A DNA stretch of 64,000 nucleotides. Origin: a virus. Lineage: Duplodnaviria; Caudoviricetes. The notes beneath the pieces are model-generated. The model was not told where the DNA came from and searched no databases. It saw nothing but the letters and a program-made list of their open reading frames with translations. Position 1 is the first letter of the stretch. Every line of letters starts with the position of its first letter. The stretch is from positions 2,985 to 66,984 of the IMG/VR virus record IMGVR_UViG_3300017766_003039, one strand, 5' to 3'. Both the position numbers and the translations under genes were made by a program. Of the stretch, positions 8,951-18,355 are shown in pieces.

Positions 8951-9508
8951 CTAGGGGGTAGGGCCGGCCGGCGATCCGGCGATGGGAGCCCGGCGCTCGA
9001 GGGAAAAGGGCGTGAATTCACCATGGGCCTCGGCCGCACCCACCAAGTAAGCACAATACGCTGCTGCCACACAGTCAAAGTACCCGAGATGGCGACGCAC
9101 CCTATTGCGGGTTACCGAAACCTTCCATTTGCCCAACGGCTCAAACCAACTAACGCCCCGGAAGCCAGACGTATTGGTGCTGCGTAATTTGCTGTTGGTC
9201 GCATTCTGCGAGTCTGTCGCCTTACGAAGGTTGCACCAGCGATTGTCTGCTCGGCACCTGTTCACATGGTCTATTTCTTCTTCGGGCCACTCGCCGGTCA
9301 TGTATAGCCACGCCAGCCGACCGCCAACATGCTTCTGCCGATTGATAGAAATGTGGACATAGCCCTGATTGTTAATGGTCCCGGCTATTTTCCCGACCAT
9401 CCTCGGACCGCTTGTTGCTTCCGCGATCCAGATGAATTGCCCCGTCAGCGGCGAATATGACAGTCGCCGCCTTATCTCTATTTCGTCCGGCCGTATCGTT
9501 TGTGCCAT
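8951..9508 (-). CDS. HNH homing endonuclease with C-terminal AP2 domain
   Basis: EIDHVNRCRADNRWCNLR...QN...NTSGFRGVSW...HLGYF...A...Y; lower GC than its neighbours. Confidence 0.92.
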   Translation of the reverse strand: MAQTIRPDEIEIRRRLSYSPLTGQFIWIAEATSGPRMVGKIAGTINNQGYVHISINRQKHVGGRLAWLYMTGEWPEEEIDHVNRCRADNRWCNLRKATDSQNATNSKLRSTNTSGFRGVSWFEPLGKWKVSVTRNRVRRHLGYFDCVAAAYCAYLVGAAEAHGEFTPFSLERRAPIAGSPAGPTP

Positions 9509-12500
9509 TTATGGCGATCCCTCAATAGACACCCGCCTCTTCGCGGGCTTACGGACTCTCTCCCCCCCGAACTCATATCCAGCGCCCTTGGCTTCGTAAG
9601 AAAGCCCCTGAATATCTGCTCCGGAGCCAAAGCGCGAAAGGTCTCGTTGAGCACGCGGCCAAACCTTGACGACTTCTTCCGTCTTATAAATCTTTGCTGT
9701 TGCGTAGCGTGTAGCAAGTTCATTGGCGACTTCTGGTGAAAGATGCCTGATTTTCAGCATCACATCATTCACGTCGAGAATCGGACGCCCGACATACCCA
9801 GGCTCCCCCAAGGCTACCAAAGCGTTCCGCATCTCCATCTGGCCGAGCTCGCGGATGTTATCCAGCAGGTCGCGGCGCATCTCCGGGTCCAGCTTGACCC
9901 GGGCGCCGCCCTCGTAGGTGGCGAAGTTGTTTGTTGCCATCTCCTTGCGCATGCCGTTCACGATGGTCACTGCGTCATAGGCCCGCTGGAGCGGATGCAG
10001 CCGCTTCTCGTCGGCAGAGAACGCCGGCTTGCCATTCTCGTCCGCGGCCGATCGCAGCGTCACGAAAGACTTCTCCGCCGCCGGCAGCTTCGACAGGAAT
10101 TCCGCCGCCTTCTGCTCCTGGAAGCCCTTCACCAGCGTGTCATAGGCGCCAAGCGACTGATTGTATTTGCCCGTCGTGCGGCCCATGAAATCCCAGAACT
10201 TCGTGACGGCATCGCTCGAGCGGGTTGGATCCTTCACGAACCGGCGCAGGAAGATGCGATCGTCGAAGTCCTTCGCCGGCGCGTCCTCACCGACACCCTG
10301 GCTGAGCGCCAGCGCATCGCGCCCCCAATTGCCGAATTGCGAGCCGACGAAGTATTCGATCTTGATGGGCGACATGCCCGTCTGCTGGCCCAGCCACTTC
10401 GCCGCCTCGGACGTGCGGTCGGTGAATTGCATCTCGGACGGAAGGCCCTGCAACGCACTCGGCACAATGTCGCGGCCGGTGAACAGGCTCTTGCCCAGCG
10501 CAAGCTCAGTGCCCGACGTCACCAGCGGGATATCCTGCAACGGCAGCTTCAGCACATCCCACGCCGCTTCCATGAATTGGCCGCCGGCGCGCTGATCGTC
10601 CTTCATCAGCCGGGCAAAGGCGTACTCGCCCAAGGTGAAGCCCAGCCCCAATTCGAACGGCTTCGGCACCACCACGATCTTGTTGCCATATGGGACAACA
10701 ATGTGCGTCGCCTTGAACTTCACGCTGGCGTCCCGGTAAGCCTCTTTCTCCCAATTGATCGCGGCCCAGGCAGCGCCGGTCGCAGCGCCCAGTCCGCCCA
10801 TCTTGGCCCACGCCATGAGCGCGTTCTTGAACGTGTCGGAGTCTTCCGCGAAGACCTGCCCATCACGCATACGCTGCCATAGCGGCTCGATCATCGTCCG
10901 TCGCGCCTTGTCGAGACCCTGTGCCGTGGCATTCAGGAACGGGATCATCTTGGTGATCGCCAGCGTCCGGGAGCCATGGCGCGAGAAGTCCATAATGTCC
11001 TGGGCTTCCTTCACCGCTTCCGCCAAGGCCTCGACATCCGATAGCCCCTGCGACTTCTTGGTCTCGTAGACCTTGGCCACGATGGAATTGCGCGTGCCGG
11101 CCTCGGTGAAGCTCGCCAACTCGAGCAGACCCTTGAACGACGTGAACCGCTGCACCGCAAAGCCGCGCTTGCGCAGGGCGTCGATTTCCAGTTCCACCGC
11201 CCGGTCGATCGGACCCGTCGCCGCGCCGCCCGAGACGCCACCGGCCGCCGCATACTGCCGGGCCGCCGGCGCTTGGTTGATCTCGTCCGCCATGCCCCGC
11301 AGGCCGCTCAGGATCGGGATGTAATCCGACCGGAGAATGGCCGCGGCAAACTGGTCGCGGATGTAGTTGGAGAGGGCGAACACCGGGTTGGTCGTGATGC
11401 CGGCGCGCTTGATCCCGGCCGCCGTGCCGATCAACTGGACCCAGACGTCGCTGATCGCATCCGGCGCCGCGGTCAGGAGTTCATAGAGCGGATAGCCCTC
11501 CTTCTCGGACATGACGCGCCAGGCCACGAGTTCGCCGCCCTGCTTCGAAAAGACGATCGGCTCGCCCTTCCCGCTGGTCTGTTCCATCTTGAAGAACGAG
11601 CCCATCAGCGGGTCTTCGCGGGCCAGATCGCCCATCGACGCGAGGAAGGCATCGCCCTCCGCCTTCGTCATGCCCATCTCGCGGACCTTGTTCTCGAGGA
11701 TTTCCCCGAGCGGCACGACATGCTTGCGGGCTTCGAAGGCCGGGATGCGCTCGATGTATTTGCCGCCCGCCACGCCGGCGCGCTCGCCGAATTGGCCCAG
11801 CGCATTCACGATGTCATTCAGCCGGACTTGGTGCTCCATCAGGAACGTGTCCCGCATCAGGGACTCGACGGGGCTGTAGATGTCGCGCGACGAACCCTTG
11901 ATGCGGTGCGTTGCGTCGACCAATCCCGGGCCGCCCTCCATGGCGCCGCCCGTGCCGCTGCCACCGCTGCCCGGCAGGTCTCGCCGGTCGCGGTAGAACG
12001 GCACATAGAACCCATCGGTATCCAGGATCGCCTGGTAGGAGTCGGCCTTCAGCAATCCGGACTCAAACTTCTTCCGCAGGATTTGGCGCGCGTAGCCCTG
12101 CACCATCTCGCCCGCGTCCTTGAACGTAGGGAAAGCCGCCTCGAGTTCGCGCACCGCCATGGCCGCATCCCCGGGCGAGAACGCCACCGGTGGATTGGCC
12201 AACTCCCCGGCATCGAAGCGGCGCCACAGATCGACGGCACGGCGCGCAATCAGGTAGGTATCGAAGTCCCGCAGCCGCACCGGATCCCACGCGCCCCAGG
12301 CCGACGTCTGCCCCGTCGCCAGCACCAGTGCATCCGTCAAAGATGGCCCGTCCGGCGTGACCGAATCGCGAGGCGTGACGCCGTACTGCATCGCATCCAC
12401 CGCGCCCTGCCGGGAGCGATCCAGCAGCCGGATCATCTTCTCCGGATTGTAGGCAGCCTTCAGGTCGACCGGCACGCCGCTCTTGTCACGGATGGCGATC

Positions 12501-15004
12501 GCCATTTCCCGGATCGCCTGCGTCATGGGCGCGTACTTGTCGAATAGCGCGGTGTAGGACTCGTGCATGAAGGCTTTGATGACCGGCGGCATTTCCTTCT
12601 TCTTCAGCGCGGCCAGCGTCTCCTTAACGACGTGCTCGTCCTCATTGTAGGACCGCACCACGGCGCCGACGGCATCGACCGAACTGGCCTTGTCATAGGC
12701 GATCTTGTTGGCGGCCGTGGCATCCAGCGCGGTCAGCAGATCAGGATGCTCCTTCTGCATGAACGCCCGGAACGCCGTCGTGAACCCGGGCGCCTGCCTC
12801 TCAGCATAGGCCGGATTGTTCAGGAACAGGCGCACCCACTCGGCGAAGCCTTCGTTGACGCGCGCCTTGTCCTTCTCGTAGTCCATCGGCGCGAGCTCGG
12901 TTTCAAATCGCTCCGTCAGGTCTGTCAGTTCCTTGCCAATCTTGGCCTCAAGCGCGTGGCCGGCCTCGTGGCTCACCACTTCGAAATCAGGAACCTCACG
13001 CACCCGCACCACGCCAGTCCGCGGGCTGAATTGTCCGGACAGGTCCCGCGACTGCACGCGGCCCTGTCGCAGCGGGAAGTCCAACGCCTTCGCCAGATCG
13101 AACGACATCTGCTGAAGGCTGCGCACGGCTAGGTCTTTCTCCGGACTCGGCGCACCCGAAATGCCGTCGTCCGGGCGCACCGTCTCGCCCTCCATCCGGC
13201 CGCCCTTTTTGCGCTGGGCAATGCCTTGGACGTCATCCGGAATTTTGCGGCCAAGCAGATCACCCTGCGCACGGGCATCGGTATCGAACATGCCGCCCGG
13301 CGCCGCGTTGCCGCCACGCAGCGGCTTGGCGCCTTCCGCCTCGAGACGCTGACGATCGGTGATCGGCTCGACGCCCGGGATCAGGGTTTGCTCGCCTTGG
13401 GCCGTGCGCTCAGTCGTCAGCGCCGGCCCTCCTAGCCGTTCTGTCCCAATGGCTGCGGCTTGGGCCCCAAGCCGTTCTCCGCCACGTCCGCCGCCAGTTG
13501 CGCCGACCTCGCCGCCTCCAGCAGGTCCGCCTTCTTTTCCGGGTTCAGGGACGCGGCCTTCTGGAAAATCGCCGCCTTTCGCCGCAGTGCCTCCGGACTC
13601 AAACGGGACATCATTTGGAGCTCTCCCTGTCAATCCAGCCGTGGGCGACATGCCCTGCAACGTGCGCTCGGTGCCCTGCCCGAACGACGCCAGCTTGCCC
13701 TCTTGGTAGGTGAACGGCTGCGACGCATTCCAGCGATCGTAGTTCTCCTGGATCCGCTGCGCCTCGTCCCAGTCTGCCTTCAGCCGGCTGTCCGGCGTGT
13801 CGATGTCCGACAGCTTGATCGCCTTGGCCTCGACGTCGGCATACCACTCGTCTAGCGCACGCTCGAGAGCAGCCTTGGGATTCTCGCCCGGCGCCCGGTC
13901 GTAATACTTCGACAATTCGACGCCGACAGGCTCATCCAGATCGTACCGCTTCAGCAGGCCGTCGATGTCAGCGCCGACTTCCTCCCGGAAGGCAGCGAAG
14001 CGCGCCTCTTCCTTATACTTGGCGCCCTGAAGGCCATAGCCCTCCTGGATGCCCGCAACGACGTCGTTGAAAGACGTGGGCGGTCCCGGCTCGTATTGGC
14101 GAGCAACGGGCGCTTCCGCCGGAACCGCATCCGTCCGCGGCACCACGCCGCGCTCCAACGCGCCCATCTCGTCGGCGATCACCGAGTTCACATACGCCGA
14201 GTCCATCTTCCCCAGATCGGCCAGCATCCGGCGCGTCATCAGCCGGCCGCCAATCTCCCCAACCTGGTGTCCGCCGGCGCCGATCACGCCGCCCAAGCCC
14301 ATCGACAGCACCGTCTGCACCGGGTCGTATTGGTCCTTCACGCCGGCGCCGATGTTCGCGGCTTGGATAACCGGGTCCGTCACGCCCTGGATAACCGCCT
14401 GCTGCCCGGCCGCGCTCAGCGTGCGCGCCAGCCACGTCGCCCCCTTGGCGCCCCAGCCGATCCAGCTTTCCGGGCTGATCATCGTGCCCTCAAGCTGGCC
14501 GGCAAACGCCACCAACGCCTCAGCCGTCGAGCCGAAACCCGGAATCATGTCGTGCTTGGCAAGGTCCGCCACGACGCGCTGGTATTCCGCGCGCATCTCA
14601 TCGTTCACCGCCTTACGCTCAGGCGTCACGTCCGGGCCGTCCGGCGTCTCGTAGATATGGGCAAGCGCGGACAGGCGCATCGAGCCCGCCAAGCTGCCCC
14701 GGTAGAAGCCGTCTTGCCGGTTCAGGCGATTGCGCTCGGCGAGCTCTACGCCATCGTCTGGCGGGTCATTCCGGAATTGCGAGAAGAAGTTGCCCCCCGG
14801 CGCGACCGGTTCCGTCTGGGTCGACGGCGTGGCCTGTACCGGAGGCGCAACGCGCCGCCGCGGTAGTCTGGCAATCGTGGCTCGCGCAGCAGCGGCCTCT
14901 GCCGCCTGGCTGCCTTCACCGGGCTCCGCAGGTCGAAGCGAAGGCGCGGGAACGGGGGCATCTGTAGCCGTGAGTACGCCAACGTCATCGGGATCGTCAG
15001 CCAC
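9509..15004 (-). CDS. Large internal virion/ejection protein, polyvalent type (HExxH metallopeptidase-like region; LPD38-like C-terminus)
   Basis: 1831 aa at the ejection-protein position; VVSHEAGHALE...NEGFAEW; C-terminal IVVVPKPFELG motif. Confidence 0.8.
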   Translation of the reverse strand: MADDPDDVGVLTATDAPVPAPSLRPAEPGEGSQAAEAAAARATIARLPRRRVAPPVQATPSTQTEPVAPGGNFFSQFRNDPPDDGVELAERNRLNRQDGFYRGSLAGSMRLSALAHIYETPDGPDVTPERKAVNDEMRAEYQRVVADLAKHDMIPGFGSTAEALVAFAGQLEGTMISPESWIGWGAKGATWLARTLSAAGQQAVIQGVTDPVIQAANIGAGVKDQYDPVQTVLSMGLGGVIGAGGHQVGEIGGRLMTRRMLADLGKMDSAYVNSVIADEMGALERGVVPRTDAVPAEAPVARQYEPGPPTSFNDVVAGIQEGYGLQGAKYKEEARFAAFREEVGADIDGLLKRYDLDEPVGVELSKYYDRAPGENPKAALERALDEWYADVEAKAIKLSDIDTPDSRLKADWDEAQRIQENYDRWNASQPFTYQEGKLASFGQGTERTLQGMSPTAGLTGRAPNDVPFESGGTAAKGGDFPEGRVPEPGKEGGPAGGGEVGATGGGRGGERLGAQAAAIGTERLGGPALTTERTAQGEQTLIPGVEPITDRQRLEAEGAKPLRGGNAAPGGMFDTDARAQGDLLGRKIPDDVQGIAQRKKGGRMEGETVRPDDGISGAPSPEKDLAVRSLQQMSFDLAKALDFPLRQGRVQSRDLSGQFSPRTGVVRVREVPDFEVVSHEAGHALEAKIGKELTDLTERFETELAPMDYEKDKARVNEGFAEWVRLFLNNPAYAERQAPGFTTAFRAFMQKEHPDLLTALDATAANKIAYDKASSVDAVGAVVRSYNEDEHVVKETLAALKKKEMPPVIKAFMHESYTALFDKYAPMTQAIREMAIAIRDKSGVPVDLKAAYNPEKMIRLLDRSRQGAVDAMQYGVTPRDSVTPDGPSLTDALVLATGQTSAWGAWDPVRLRDFDTYLIARRAVDLWRRFDAGELANPPVAFSPGDAAMAVRELEAAFPTFKDAGEMVQGYARQILRKKFESGLLKADSYQAILDTDGFYVPFYRDRRDLPGSGGSGTGGAMEGGPGLVDATHRIKGSSRDIYSPVESLMRDTFLMEHQVRLNDIVNALGQFGERAGVAGGKYIERIPAFEARKHVVPLGEILENKVREMGMTKAEGDAFLASMGDLAREDPLMGSFFKMEQTSGKGEPIVFSKQGGELVAWRVMSEKEGYPLYELLTAAPDAISDVWVQLIGTAAGIKRAGITTNPVFALSNYIRDQFAAAILRSDYIPILSGLRGMADEINQAPAARQYAAAGGVSGGAATGPIDRAVELEIDALRKRGFAVQRFTSFKGLLELASFTEAGTRNSIVAKVYETKKSQGLSDVEALAEAVKEAQDIMDFSRHGSRTLAITKMIPFLNATAQGLDKARRTMIEPLWQRMRDGQVFAEDSDTFKNALMAWAKMGGLGAATGAAWAAINWEKEAYRDASVKFKATHIVVPYGNKIVVVPKPFELGLGFTLGEYAFARLMKDDQRAGGQFMEAAWDVLKLPLQDIPLVTSGTELALGKSLFTGRDIVPSALQGLPSEMQFTDRTSEAAKWLGQQTGMSPIKIEYFVGSQFGNWGRDALALSQGVGEDAPAKDFDDRIFLRRFVKDPTRSSDAVTKFWDFMGRTTGKYNQSLGAYDTLVKGFQEQKAAEFLSKLPAAEKSFVTLRSAADENGKPAFSADEKRLHPLQRAYDAVTIVNGMRKEMATNNFATYEGGARVKLDPEMRRDLLDNIRELGQMEMRNALVALGEPGYVGRPILDVNDVMLKIRHLSPEVANELATRYATAKIYKTEEVVKVWPRAQRDLSRFGSGADIQGLSYEAKGAGYEFGGERVRKPAKRRVSIEGSP

Positions 15005-17519
15005 CGCGGCCTTCTTTCTTGAAGATCACCGGGAATTTCTTCACCACGTCCTCAGCAGCCTTGTCGCCATATTCCTCACGGAATGCACTCAGGCGCTCAG
15101 GGTTGGCAAGAAGAGCCTGTACGGCACGCCCCGGCGGCGTGATGTTGATCACAGGCGACCCCTCAACCCCGGTGTCATTCTCCGGATTGCCGATCACCCG
15201 GGGCTGAGCACGCTGGCGCCCGGCGAAGTTCGGGCCGCGGTCGACCACGTTGCGATCGCCACCGGTGCCCGTCGGGCCCCATGCCGCCTTCTGGGCAGCA
15301 TCGACATCGCGCGCAAAGTCCAACTCCCGGGCGTCGATTTCGGAAATGCCCTCGCCGATCGCCATCTTGCTTATGATGCGGCCCGCCACCTGGGCCGTCT
15401 CGACGCTCACCTTGCGGGCCCGTAGCGCATAGGCCATGGCCGCCGGCGCATCGTCACCAAACATCTTGCGGAAGTTCTGGCCCATCTCCTCCAGCGCCTT
15501 CTTCTGCTCGATCGGCGACGGCGGCGCCCGCATCAGCGGCTCGGTCAGCTTCAGCCCTTCAGCCTTCGTAATGACCGCCTGATACTCCGGGTCGATCCCA
15601 AGGATATCCTGAGCGTTCTTGCGGGCAGCGGCCACGGCAGCGAACGTCTCCGGCTGCTTCGGGTCATATAGCTTCCACGCCGCCTGTACCGCCGGCATGC
15701 GGTCTACCGCGCCGGCCGGATCCTCGTACCGCTGCTTCGTTATCCGGTCGGCCTCTTTCTGTAGGCGCTGGACCTTTTCGACCTGATTGGCATAGCCCGG
15801 CGCATAGACGCCGCCCTCGCCCGGCTTGGGCATCCTGGCCTCGACCACCCGGCGGATATCCTGCTCCGACATCGTTTCGAACGAATGCCGGTCCGCACCG
15901 AATTGCACCTCGTTCACATACTCCTGATATTTCACCGGGCCCGTTGTGGGGCCGTACTGCTGGACAAAGCTGCTTTCAGGAATGGGCGACGTCGTGGCGC
16001 CGGTCATCATGGCTTCCGCCGTGCTGTCCTTCACCTGACTGTCAAAGGCGGTCTTGGTCGCGATCTGGGCCGTGCGCGAGGCCTGATAGGTGCGGTTGGC
16101 CTGGGCGATCGCCGACGCTTTGGCCTGCGGTGTCAGGCTGGGGTCGTTCTCGATAGCGTTCATCACGCTGGCCTGGTCCGGCAGCGAGTCGCGCCCCTCC
16201 GGACCGACTTGCCCCTTCACGTTGGCGCCCTCGATCGCGCGCCGGCGGGCATTGATTCCGCCATTGTGGGTGCCCAGAGCCGTGATGGCAGCCGCCAGCT
16301 TCTCGGTATCTCCGGCCTTCGCCGCTTCTCTCACCGTGGCAAGTTCCGGCTTCGACAGGGTGCCGTAGTTGTAGGCGATCGACGTCAGCGACGCCTTGGC
16401 GCGGGCATCGAGCTTGTCCCATGCCTCTTGGCCAATGGCCTTGCGCGCGTCCTGCTGGCTCAATCCGGCACGCCGGGCCAGGTCGCGCTCGGCGTCCTCC
16501 TTGGTCACGACGGTATCCTTCGTCACCTTGGAATAGGTGCCATCGGCGTGCGTCACCGTGTCTGAGCCGTAGCCCACTCGCCATTCCGTCTTGGCGCCCG
16601 GCGACTTGTCCTCGTAGGCCGCGCTTCGGAAACCCTCAAAATGCCGGATCACCCCCAGCGTATCGTCACCAGCCTTCAGTGACGTGCCGCCACCGATAAT
16701 GCGGTCCGCCGTCTCCTGCCCCACTTGCTGGTCGGCTCGAGCCCGGAACCGGCTGGAGAGATTGTCGTAAAGCGTCCCGGCCGTGGCCTTGTTCTTTTCC
16801 AGCATGCGCATCGCCCGCGCCGGGTCTTCGACGGCGATCGCATCCAACTGCACAGCAAAGGCATCCCGCTTCCCGCGCTGCACGGCCTCCTCGTACATCG
16901 GGTCGCCCGGCTGCGCGCCGTCCATCTCGGCAAGTTTGACATAGGCAGAGATCAGGTTCGACGTGCCATTGCCCACGGCCTCGACGTCGGTTGGCTTCAT
17001 GGAGATATCTTCCATGGCCAGCTTGGCGCTCGCCTTGTGCGTCCCGGTCGCCCAGACCTTCTCCTGCTGGGTGGCATAGTTGCCGACTTGGGCATTGGTG
17101 ATGTTCCGGAAGCGACGCGAGGATCCATCGAAACGCATCTGCTGTTTAGCCGTGAGCAAGTTGCCACGGGTCTGCTGCATCAGCGTCTCAATTTGCTTCT
17201 CGACCGCAGGGCGGGCTTCCAGCGCCGCCTTGCCTTTCAGGTTCAGAAACCCGGGCGTCCCCGTTTCCGGGTCGCCGTAAAGGACCTTGCGGACGCCCTC
17301 TTCGTAGTTGTTGATCTGCTCGTCAGCCGCGACGTCACCGAAGAAGTTCCCGGCCTTGATCAGGTCAGCGCCAACCTCCCGCGTCGCCGCCCCAAGCTGC
17401 TGCTGCGCACGGCCGACGCCGGCACCAAAGGCGTCCGGCGTGGCTTGGCTGGAATCCTGAAACGTCGCCGGCGCGCGGCCTGGCTCGGTCTCGGGAACAA
17501 GGGGTGCGGAAACAGCGAT
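14997..17519 (-). CDS. Internal virion/ejection protein with GH24 lysozyme domain; probable ATC start
   Basis: Frame is open 113 codons upstream of the track's ATG (17180) to an ATC 5 nt after AAGGAGG; IRHFEGFRSAAYED...WRVGYG...SLTSIAYNYG...RRRAIE lysozyme motifs. Confidence 0.8.
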   Translation of the reverse strand: MAVSAPLVPETEPGRAPATFQDSSQATPDAFGAGVGRAQQQLGAATREVGADLIKAGNFFGDVAADEQINNYEEGVRKVLYGDPETGTPGFLNLKGKAALEARPAVEKQIETLMQQTRGNLLTAKQQMRFDGSSRRFRNITNAQVGNYATQQEKVWATGTHKASAKLAMEDISMKPTDVEAVGNGTSNLISAYVKLAEMDGAQPGDPMYEEAVQRGKRDAFAVQLDAIAVEDPARAMRMLEKNKATAGTLYDNLSSRFRARADQQVGQETADRIIGGGTSLKAGDDTLGVIRHFEGFRSAAYEDKSPGAKTEWRVGYGSDTVTHADGTYSKVTKDTVVTKEDAERDLARRAGLSQQDARKAIGQEAWDKLDARAKASLTSIAYNYGTLSKPELATVREAAKAGDTEKLAAAITALGTHNGGINARRRAIEGANVKGQVGPEGRDSLPDQASVMNAIENDPSLTPQAKASAIAQANRTYQASRTAQIATKTAFDSQVKDSTAEAMMTGATTSPIPESSFVQQYGPTTGPVKYQEYVNEVQFGADRHSFETMSEQDIRRVVEARMPKPGEGGVYAPGYANQVEKVQRLQKEADRITKQRYEDPAGAVDRMPAVQAAWKLYDPKQPETFAAVAAARKNAQDILGIDPEYQAVITKAEGLKLTEPLMRAPPSPIEQKKALEEMGQNFRKMFGDDAPAAMAYALRARKVSVETAQVAGRIISKMAIGEGISEIDARELDFARDVDAAQKAAWGPTGTGGDRNVVDRGPNFAGRQRAQPRVIGNPENDTGVEGSPVINITPPGRAVQALLANPERLSAFREEYGDKAAEDVVKKFPVIFKKEGRGG

Positions 17520-17538
17520 TGGAGCCTCCTTGGCGCCC

Positions 17539-17691
17539 CTACTTGGGGACGTCCAGAGTGTCGATCAGTTCGCCAATGCTGGCGTATTCGGTATCGGGGA
17601 CGCCCCCGTCGGGGCCGCTGTCGTCGTGGCCCGGCACACCCGCACAAGCCATCAAAATCAGGCACAAAGCCATTACGAAAAGACGAGTCAT
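17539..17691 (-). CDS. 50-aa lipoprotein inserted between ejection genes
   Basis: RBS AGGGAG; MTRLFVMALCLILMA-C lipobox; mature part repeats the upstream protein's C-terminus. Confidence 0.7.
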   Translation of the reverse strand: MTRLFVMALCLILMACAGVPGHDDSGPDGGVPDTEYASIGELIDTLDVPK

Positions 17692-17770
17692 TGATGTTCT
17701 CCCTTGGTTAAGCGGGGGAACATTATCACACTCCCGTATCGGGGACACCGCCGGCCGGCCCGCTGTCGTC
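17591..17770. repeat. 35-bp imperfect direct repeat (17591-17625 and 17736-17770)
   Basis: 30/35 identical; 4 of 5 mismatches are synonymous third positions. Confidence 0.85.
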
Positions 17771-18355
17771 GCTGCCCGTAACCTCGCTGTCCCACTTAAA
17801 TTTCATCGGCAGCGACGAAGCCGTCTCGAGGAACGATCCCGCACCCGAAAGCATGGCCGCATCCCCGCTGGTCTCCCCCGCAATCCGGGCATTCTGAGCC
17901 TTCATATCCAGCAAATTGGCATCCGACTCGTACTGGTCCTTCTTGTTGCGATAGCCCCAATTCTCAAGCTGGCCCTGGTGGATGATGTTCTCGGCATCGA
18001 GCTTGTCGACCATGCGCTGGCCGGCCCGGACCTGCACCGCGCTGCCCGTATTGATGTCGACCCCGGACGCCGCCTGCCCGGTCGTGATCTTGCCCGTGCG
18101 CTGGGCCGTCTTCATGCCGTGATTGGCCTGCTTGGTGAAGGCCGTGCCGATCGCGTTCTCACCCAGCATCTCGGCAATGCGGGCGTTATTCCGAGCAACC
18201 TGGGCCTGGTACTGGTAGGCCTGAGCCGCGCCCTCTCCCGATCGCCGCGCACCTTGGGCGCCCTTGGCCGAACCGCCGAGTTTGGCCGCCGTTCCCGCGA
18301 CTGAAGCCGCGGCTGAGGCTCCGGCGAAGATCGTTGCTGCGCTAATTCCGGCCAC
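17726..18355 (-). CDS. Internal virion protein, T7 gp14-like core/ejection protein
   Basis: Ala/Gly-rich N-terminus; QAASGVDINTGSAVQV motif; position before the larger ejection proteins. Confidence 0.8.
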   Translation of the reverse strand: MAGISAATIFAGASAAASVAGTAAKLGGSAKGAQGARRSGEGAAQAYQYQAQVARNNARIAEMLGENAIGTAFTKQANHGMKTAQRTGKITTGQAASGVDINTGSAVQVRAGQRMVDKLDAENIIHQGQLENWGYRNKKDQYESDANLLDMKAQNARIAGETSGDAAMLSGAGSFLETASSLPMKFKWDSEVTGSDDSGPAGGVPDTGV

